A stretch of 63,502 nt of DNA, filler included. It is 10 parts of 10 records of this genome, joined end to end, with 100 filler letters (N's around TTAATTAATTAA, not from the genome) between each part and the next. Parts side by side here need not be neighbours in the genome. Positions count along the whole stretch, not along the records: positions 53,316 to 58,590 come from SRR15195285_726; positions 58,691 to 63,502 come from SRR15195285_735; 8 more parts are not named here. One strand, 5' to 3'. Below the pieces are notes generated by a model, which was not told where the DNA came from, made no database searches, and was given only the letters and a program-made list of their open reading frames with translations. Every line of letters starts with the position of its first letter. Within the stretch, counting starts at the first letter, position 1. Shown piece after piece: positions 55,529 to 63,502 of the stretch. The translations under genes and the position numbers were made by a program.

Positions 55529-57551
55529 TTAGTAGCCCACGTCGTATCCTTGATCCTTGAGCTCTTCGCACGCCGGCATTTTCATATTCTCTGCCTTCTT
55601 CCTCCGAACCTTCCTCTCGTTACCCATGTACCATCTGCAACAGCCGCGGACTCAGCACGAGCAGTGCGGCGCGGCCAACAGCCTTGCTGGCAGGAGGACA
55701 TACTAGTATGAGCGGCAGCACGCGCGCACCTGGATTCCTGCATCATCTGGCGCTGCGCCACCTTCTCTCTTCGGCACTCGTTCATCAGATTGTTGAGGTA
55801 GTGCTTGTCAACCTCCCTTTCCACCTGCTGCAACTGCAGGACTCGAACGCACGACCGCAGAATGCCATCACGATGCAACGCCTAGCTCTCGCCCACTCAG
55901 ATAGACACAGGACGTAGCGTTCCAGCAAATGTGTGGCGCACCTTGCTTCTGGTGCCGTATAGCTTGTCAAAGTTTGCCTGGACGTAATACGGTGTCCCTG
56001 AAGCCGCTGTCTCCCGGCGGAACGTGAACTCTGGCGGAGTACGCTGCAGACGGAATGGCAAGTCGTTGCGGCCGGCCTGGTTGCCCAGGAACGAGAACAG
56101 GAAGAGCAGCAGCAACGGCATCAGCTGCAAAAGCTGTGCATAATTGCCAGCATCTCCTTGGCGCTGATGCTGCTGTTGCTGCCGCTGCTGCGGTTGCTGA
56201 TAGTGGTAGGTGCGGCCCCGTTGAGGCTGCATCCCAAAAAACATGTTGAATATGTCCTCTGGGTCTATGTCGCCGTGGGCGTGGTGCCCACCGCCCCTTC
56301 GGCGCTGCCTCACCTGCGGACCGTCGGCTCCAAACCGCTCATAATCCTGCCGTTGCTCTGGATCACTCAGACACGCGTACGCCGCGCCAACCGCTGCGGC
56401 CGTACACACGAGCATACACGCGTGAGCCACAGGCGCCCAGCTGGTGCGGATTTTCGCTCACTGATTATGCCGCGGCGTGCGTTCGTTGGGCACGGAGTGG
56501 TGCGCACCCTTGAAGGCCTCGTCAGCTCCCGGGGCGGAACTGTCCAAGCAAAACGCACGGGCAGGCAGACACACGGCACCCAGTAGAGACGAGGTGTCAG
56601 TCACGTGCCACTTGCAACCGATGTGATCTCAGTAGGTGCATCCACGACCAAATGAGAAACGATCCTGCGTCTGCACTGAAAAGGCGATCTATCGTCACAC
56701 TCCGTACCATTTGTCCGGATGCAACTTCACGGCCAGCTGCGCAACCATTGGGAGAGCCGTGAAGACGAGACAGGTCGGGACAACGCGGCGGGAATCAGCG
56801 GCACTTGCGCCTGGACGGTACAGCCGAGGGAACGAACACGGGCTTAGGCTTACTTTGCGGTACGCCTTTTTTAACTGTCCACTATCGCAGCCCTTCGGCA
56901 CACCAAGGATCTTGTAGTAATCCTTTCCCGCGGCTCTGATCGCGCGGACTTGCTGGACCTGCAGCGAAATCAGGAACATTCGAGAGTGAGCGGTGACAAG
57001 AAAAAAGAGCGCGCGTGCGCGTGCGGCGCGGTGTGTGGTGGCAGATTCTTGAGTAGCTGAAGGCGCGCCCCGCCAGTAGAATCTTCCCAAACTGGCGTGC
57101 ACAGTGTGGCGCACCTGCTCAGGTGTGTAAGCTTTCGACGGCGACGCTGCCGCCGGTGCTGGGGCGGGAGACGGTCGAACTGGCTTGCCGGCAGTGCTAG
57201 AAGACGCTTTGCCCTGCGACCACAGGCCGAATGTATAGGTACGATCTCATGCGGCCAACATCGACGGTCGCAGGCGGACACGCAGTAGCAGGCGCACTGA
57301 ACGCACCGAGGTGGCCTTCATCTTCAACACGTGGGCTTCAGCCTGCACAGTACACGTGTTTCGCGTAAGCAAACAATCCGCAGCACGCCCTCCCGCGGCC
57401 CGCAGCGATCGGAAAAAGGGGCCAAACGCACTGCATTGTCCGGATTCAGCCGGATGGCCTTGTCCAGCATGCGGATGGCCTTGTCCCAGTCCCCGCCGGC
57501 CATCGCCGTCTTCGCTCCCCTGATGCATTGCTCGGCCGCATCCTGGTTCAT
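55529..57551 (-). CDS. DnaJ co-chaperone, DNAJB12/14 (Hlj1)-like, with TM helix and DUF1977-like C-terminus (~9 exons)
   Basis: MNQDAAEQCI, DYYKILGV..LKKAYRK|LAVKLHPDK, ADEAFK, AYACLSDP, DIDPEDIFNMFFG, QLMPLLLLFLFS, VEREV..C..E..MPACEEL. Confidence 0.92.
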
Positions 57552-58590
57552 TTTTGCGCTCCAAAATTCACCACTCCCACACACCCGAGACCCTCGAACC
57601 CTCACAGTCACACCACCGCCACCACCGCCCCTCACCACCACCCCAGGCCGCGCCAGACCGCCTGCGAACGCGCCGCCTTTTCCTCCGCCTGCGCCTCCGT
57701 CTGCTGCACCGTCTCACCAGCAGGCCACTGGCAAATAATCTCGTAATTACAACAGGTGTAAATGCGATTTTCATATAACGTAAATGCATGTTTTTGTCAC
57801 GCTGACTCTCACGAACCGGGGACGGAGTGAGCACTGACTGAGGAATCGAAAAGACAGTAGACACAAGTCGAGAGAGTCGACTCTGTTTGTGCGCGAGTTA
57901 GTACAGAAATTAGCGTTGTTCTCGATCACTCCGCTGAGGATTGAATTCCGAGCAGTCAGCGTGGCGGCGCTGCTGGTCAGCGTCATACCGGTACGTACTA
58001 GTAGGAGTCCTACGATGTGTACACCGTACAGTACTCTGTCGACTCTGCAGAGCTCAGAACCCGAATGATCGACCAGCCGCAAGCGCGCCGGCGAGGTGTG
58101 TGAATTACACACTGAATTTCGAGGTTCGCCCCCTGCCGCCTCCCGGTGACGATTCAGGGATTTTGCATAGTTTAGATGACGCATAGTACAATATTGCGAC
58201 GGTGGGCGTGAGGGTCGGGTGGAGAGCGGAGGAGGAACGCTGACCGGGCGCGCCCGTTGTTGCAATGAAGCTAAAAGGTCAAAATGCCTTATGCTTATCA
58301 TTAACAAGGTGTAGTTTGGACGAGCGAGGCGCACTGACACCACTGTGAAACTCGACTATCATGGCCGCTGCCGACCGTCGTCCTGCGCATGACACGAAAT
58401 TCGCAGCAACTCAGATCGTCACAGCATAGTGTCCAATGTAACAACCGGTGATAGGAACATAGAATCGCGCTGGATATCAGCGATTCGTTTGTCAGTCAGC
58501 TCATGGTCGTACCGAGGCAAACATGAGTCGTGTAGACACAGACCCTTGGTCATCGTCGTCCTCCTGCTCCTCCTGCTGCTGCTGCTGCTG

Positions 58591-58690
58591 NNNNNNNNNN
58601 NNNNNNNNNNNNNNNNNNNNNNNNNNNNNNNNNNTTAATTAATTAANNNNNNNNNNNNNNNNNNNNNNNNNNNNNNNNNNNNNNNNNNNN
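58591..58690. other. Artificial contig linker
   Basis: N-run/TTAATTAATTAA/N-run. Confidence 0.97.
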
Positions 58691-58724
58691 AACTCCAATG
58701 CCAAACTGATCGCTGGCGCTACAG

Positions 58725-59585
58725 ATCAACGTCGGCGGCCGCGTTTTCCTTACTTCACGGGCAACACTTTGCTCGCAACCCGGTTCGATGCTGGCAGCGT
58801 TGTTCGATGCAGACAGCAACTTTCAACGTCGAACAGTGGACGATGAGGGGCGAGCCTTTCTTGACCGAAATCCGGACCTGTTTCATCATGTCTTGGAGTT
58901 CCTGCGGTCCGGTCGCTTCTTGTATCCGACGTGCTTGTCGTCGAAGCCGAGTGATGGAAAATCTGCCACGAGAAAGATAGACCTCATCACGCTGGCTAAA
59001 CTTTTCGCCGAGGCCGAATATTTTGGGTTGGACCAGATGGTACGAATGATCCGGGACTGTATTAGAAGGCAAAAGTTGACTGATCTCATGAATCTGGGGC
59101 TTACCGCTGACTTGCTCAAGCAGTGTAGGTTTAGCGCGTATAGACTCATGCAGCAAGGCGGGTTTTCACTCGACGAGCTGTATCCGCTTTGCTCGACTGC
59201 GCCAGTCGAAGGCCTGCCAAAGGGCGAGTGTTCGCGGAATGCCACAGACTTGCCCCTCGTGATCGTCAGTGGAGAAGGAGGTAGGTCCAAACGACTTGGG
59301 GTGATGAGGTCAATCCCGCGCGCTCAGAAGACAGGCAACAGCGACGGATTGCAGATGGTTTGGATAAAATTGCCGGCAAATTGGACAAAGCAGGAACCGG
59401 CAAACGGGAATGCAACCACAAACGGCAAGAGTGACGATTCGGGTTTCGGTGATTTGTGCAAGATCAGTGACATCTTGGGTGCTGGTGGTGGGGTGCGCTA
59501 TCTTAAGTTCGCCGGTGATCCAATCGTCGGAGTCTCTGGTGAGAGTCTACACAGTAGCACTGAGTGGTACAAACTCGCAGACTGA
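58725..59585 (+). CDS. KCTD-type BTB/POZ (T1) domain protein, last exon; 5'-truncated
   Basis: After an acceptor AG: INVGGRVFLTSRATL..PGSMLAALF..FLDRNPDLFHHVLEFLR..EAEYFGL. Confidence 0.85.
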   Translation: MNVGGRVFLTSRATLCSQPGSMLAALFDADSNFQRRTVDDEGRAFLDRNPDLFHHVLEFLRSGRFLYPTCLSSKPSDGKSATRKIDLITLAKLFAEAEYFGLDQMVRMIRDCIRRQKLTDLMNLGLTADLLKQCRFSAYRLMQQGGFSLDELYPLCSTAPVEGLPKGECSRNATDLPLVIVSGEGGRSKRLGVMRSIPRAQKTGNSDGLQMVWIKLPANWTKQEPANGNATTNGKSDDSGFGDLCKISDILGAGGGVRYLKFAGDPIVGVSGESLHSSTEWYKLAD

Positions 59586-59810
59586 CTTGTCGGATCCGTG
59601 CATCTTCGAACCAAGCAATGGACTCGGTGGCTGTGCACGGTTGCCACAGTCAGTCGCTTCTTGAGTGCTGGTGATTCGCTATCGTCAGTTCAACACTGCC
59701 CCAATCGTCGGATACACTGGCCAGTGGGTGATACCGAGTGAAATTATAGAACAATGAAGATCCATGATCTGCCTTAAACGAAATGCACTTGCACTGCAAA
59801 GCTTCTGTAA

Positions 59811-59958
59811 TTTTAGCCCGTATAGACTGAAGGAATGCAGCTTTTCATTCGGCGAGCTGTATACGCTTTGCTCGACTGCGCCAGTCAAAGGCCTGCCAAA
59901 GGGCTAGTGTTCACGAACTGCCGCAAATTTGCCCCTCGTGATCGTCAGTGGAGAAGGC
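59811..59958 (+). pseudogene. Degenerate partial duplicate of BTB gene segment 59130-59279
   Basis: Near-identical blocks (CGCTTTGCTCGACTGCGCCAGTC.AAGGCCTGCCAAAGGGC, TTGCCCCTCGTGATCGTCAGTGGAGAAGG), with a GAG to TAG nonsense change. Confidence 0.75.
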
Positions 59959-60320
59959 AAGGACAATGGTGACTCTTGACACCGGGCATAAGGTGTCAGC
60001 TGTGGTCCCCCCGATATATCGGGATTTCGAAAAGTAGCAGCGTGCCGAGGCAGGACAGACGCCCGTGGAGAATTTTTGGCAATAGAATCGTACATCTCCA
60101 GAAGTTTACCCAAGGTGTGGTGGCCTCGGGCAATGTGGCGTAATAGTACACAACATAGCCCAATCTACTGTATGAGCATATACAAAGGGGTTCCAGGTGA
60201 TTCGAATGGCATCCATTTGAATAGAAGTACAGACTACCGCATATACAGCGCGTCTCCAGCCCCCAGACACGCCAACACTTCGTCCAAGATGACACGCTGG
60301 TCCCAGCCTGAGCGTGGTAT

Positions 60321-63283
60321 TTAGTTGCTGCGAACGTACATGCACAGTCCGGACTCCTTGGCGACGATGTGACCGGTTGATGCTTCTACTGTGAACGCTT
60401 GGTTTCCTGCAGACGCTGGGGCATGACACGAGTATAGCTCAAGCATTTTGTCTGTCGCGTCGGTGTCAATGCACGACTTCGGCTGGGAACTCAGGGTGAA
60501 CTGCCCAGCACTATTCTGTGTCCACGCTTGCTTGCCGGCATACGCCGGGTCGTTGCACTTTTGCATCTCCAGTGCAGGCGTATGTGAGTCCACTTCAGAG
60601 TCCTTGCCGACTGTGACGCACATCGCCGGCGTCTTCCCAACCTGAGTGATCAGACCACTCTCAGCATCATAGGCGAACTTCTGCGGCTGAATCTGGTGGT
60701 GCTTGACGGTGTCGCATGCTTCTAGTCCAACATGATCTGATCGCGCACCCGAGGACAGGACCACTTCAAAGCCTTCTTTGCTTGCCATCGGCGGAAGTTT
60801 GATGTAAACGATCGCCTTCTCTTTTTTGTTGCCCATCGCGAGGTGATTGAAGAACCAACCCATGGGACGGTACTCAACGGCAGGTACAGATTTGAACTCG
60901 GGGATCTCAATGCCTTCCCCAGTCGTGGAGTTCCGTAGCGTAACCGAGATCGGAGCGGCCTTGGAGTGCACGTTCAATACCCAGGAGCGCTCTTGAAGCT
61001 GCCCAGTAAAGCCCTTGCCTGCAGCAGCAGATACCCTCACGACAACGTCCGGCTTGCGCTTGGTGCTGAAATTGGTCATGGCAGACATGCTGATCGTAGT
61101 GGTCGCGAACATTCCCGTCTCGTGCTGACGAGTAACGCCATCATCCTCGTAGAGCGAGAACGACGAGTTACCTTCAGGATACAGCTCAAGCGTCATCGGA
61201 TCATACGGTTTCGAGCCATTTCCAACAGTATGAAGCATAGGCGGAATCTTCGGAATGATTGCACCAGCTCTTGCGAACAGAGGCAAAGTATCCAGCGGCG
61301 CATTGTAGCCGTCGAGGGTGGAAGGCCCCTGATACACTGTGTCGTCCCAAAAGTCGTACCAGTCACCAGCAGGCAAATAGATGCCATCCCGAGTAGTCTC
61401 GTTACGGTACACAGGCGCTACGAGCAACCAATCACCGGACATGAATTGATACGCCGAACCTGTGTGATTGTCGTATGTGGAGAGGTCTTCTGGGAACTGT
61501 AGCGCCATCGCACGAACCGGCGGCATTCCTGTTTCGGCAGCGATCCGCGAGTACGTGTACTGGTAGGGAGTGAGAGCAGACTTGAGCTGCAGGTACATGC
61601 GGTTGATTGATGTATACGGCTCGCCATAAGTCCACGGCTGCTTGTCCGGATTGGCAGCCCAGCCAGACATGCTCATCAAAGTGGTCATCAGACACTTGAA
61701 CTGCAGATCACGCACGTATGTATGTGGCGAACCACCAAAGATACCATCGATGTCTCCTGACACATGCGCTTGAGCGGAGAAGCCAGTGCCGACGAAGGTC
61801 GTCAGCTGCCAGCGAATATACTCAAAAGATCCGGAGTCGTCGCCCGTCCACATCACAGCGTTGCGATGTGTGCCCGCCCAGCCACAGACCGTCCAGATGT
61901 ACCTCCGTGCGTCACTGTTGTCCTCGAGACCGTCAGCAACAACTTGCACAGAATCGAAAGCATATTGGGTACCACCATTTCCGATCCACCCCACATCTGT
62001 CTTCGCAATGCGTGTTCCGGAGCCAGACACCTCGCGTTTGATGTTCGGCAAGCCGGTTGAGGACCACAGTCCCGCCACGAATCCACGCTGGTTGAGTTCA
62101 GAAACGACAAAGTCCAGGTCGTCGAAGTCATGAGGGAAAGTTTTGGTGCCGTTGGGAAATGTGAAAGGACCCTCGCCGTAGCCGCAGCCGTAGCCGTCGT
62201 TCACAAGAAACCAGGAACCCGGCATCTCTTCTTCATGGAACTTGTCGGCAATGGCAATCACAGTGCGAGTAGAGTTGGCATGTCGCGGGTTGTGGTAGCA
62301 GTCGGAATCTCCAAGTCCCAGTCCATAAATCGGAACCATAAAAGGACGGCCCACGAGCTGGGTGTAGGAGTTCAGGACCTCCGCGAAATCTCCGACAAAA
62401 AAGTACGCATCGAAGCGACTCTCGTTGTGGCTGAGCTTGGCTGTGCCGTCAGAAGTTGTGAAGTCGTACGTGCCAGACGCCCATGTATTTCGGAAACTGC
62501 CGAAGCCAGCATTGCTCAAGTAGAATGGCACCGAGCCTCCTCCGTGCCCACCCCCGCCCTTCCCTGGGTCCCAGTCGAAGTTCTTGGACACCACCAGCTT
62601 CTGCCCTTTGTGCGAAAACCGTCCGTTCTGCATTCCACCACCAAAGAAGTGCGCGTCTGCAGGAGAATCTCCGGCTTGCAGAGATTGCTCAGTGGTGGTG
62701 GCGTTCCAGTGAATCGGGGCAGCTTCCTTCCACAGGAGCTTCGCCCCTGCGTACATGGAGAACGTGAGTGCCGGGTGCTTGTTGGCACGGAGCGTCACGC
62801 CAGTAGGGGAAGCCGCCCCTGCACTTATCTCGTAGTAGGTACCCTTGTCCTGAAAGCCCGCTTTGATCCCTGTGCTGTTGCCGATCACGATGCCCTTGGA
62901 CACACAGCCTGGATTCGCTGTGCAGGGCGTGTTCGGGCCCGCGGGGTCGGTGAAGTTGTCATTGACTCCTGCTGCAGATTGCGTCCCCACCCAGATCCGC
63001 GCGACCGAATGCGAGTGGAAGGAGACCCGCACGAGGTCCTGAGACGTGCACAGGCGGAGTCAGCAGTCGCACAGCATCAGTGCAGCACACTCAAACGGTG
63101 GTTGGCAGTGAAGGCGGGACGAACCTTCCCACAGGTAATCTCAACCGCGTCCCCCGCTGGCTTGATCGCCGTCACCGCGCCCAGCGTGCCGGGCTTGAAC
63201 TGCCCCTCCTCGCCGGCGACCGAACTCGCAGCGATCAGCGAGGATACGAGCCCAAAGCCAAGCTTGGCGAGCGCTCCCATCAT
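60321..63283 (-). CDS. Secreted GH31 glycosidase (alpha-N-acetylgalactosaminidase, Nag31-like) with C-terminal ricin-B/CBM13 lectin
   Basis: Signal peptide in exon 1 (63283-63125); intron 63039-63124. Motifs FFGGGMQNGRFSHKG, WFLVNDGYG, KTDVGW, WTGDD, DIDGIFGG, YVRDLQFK, LYEDDG. Ricin repeats QKF/QAW/NQAF with C-x-D pairs. Confidence 0.9.
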
Positions 63284-63502
63284 CAGTCGGTCAGCCTGAT
63301 GGTCACTGGTCAGCAGCGCCTCGCCAGTGCCAGACAGGGCGACGAAGTGGCGGGAGCGGTGTCCGTCGGCGGGTGCGAAGTGAGCTCACTGCTCGCCTGC
63401 ACCGGCCACCGGCCGGCGGCATCCCACGCACCTCACTGCTCGACTACCGGTATCAACAGTACATGTACTGGCTCAACACTGGGTGGGTGACTCTCGATCA
63501 CT

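Noticed and set aside
6434-58690. Nine repeated TTAATTAATTAA motifs
   Set aside because: Each is embedded in N-runs forming identical 100-nt blocks; they are assembly linkers, not biological repeats.
1-63502. tRNA, rRNA, transposase, reverse transcriptase or TET/JBP dioxygenase genes
   Set aside because: None recognised by eye. The missing TET/JBP says nothing about the rest of the genome.

Overview
This window is not one locus. It is ten unlinked contigs of a GC-rich, intron-containing eukaryote, probably a heterotrophic protist assembly, joined by nine artificial 100-nt linkers (N-run + TTAATTAATTAA + N-run). Neighbourhood arguments therefore hold only within a contig. About 17 protein genes can be reconstructed by hand-splicing GT-AG introns: an ATG27/M6PR-like membrane protein, a PLP aminotransferase, an MFS transporter, a SNF2-family multidomain protein, a VAMP, a lactonase, a ~3,280-aa secreted DUF1800-DUF1501 fusion, an anoctamin, an FKBP, two GH3s, an EGF-containing protein, a PH-PH-TKL kinase, a RING/TRAF membrane protein, a cyanobacterial-type GST, H2A.Z, a DNAJB12-like protein, a BTB protein and a GH31-ricin protein. 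The standout is 6680-12293: one polypeptide joining SAM, SHOCT, a Pol X-type BRCT, a GREB1/TAGT (base-J glucosyltransferase-like) domain and a SNF2 translocase. It is a candidate for a previously undescribed chromatin/DNA glycosylation machine. All domain calls come from motif recognition by eye; no database searches were run.
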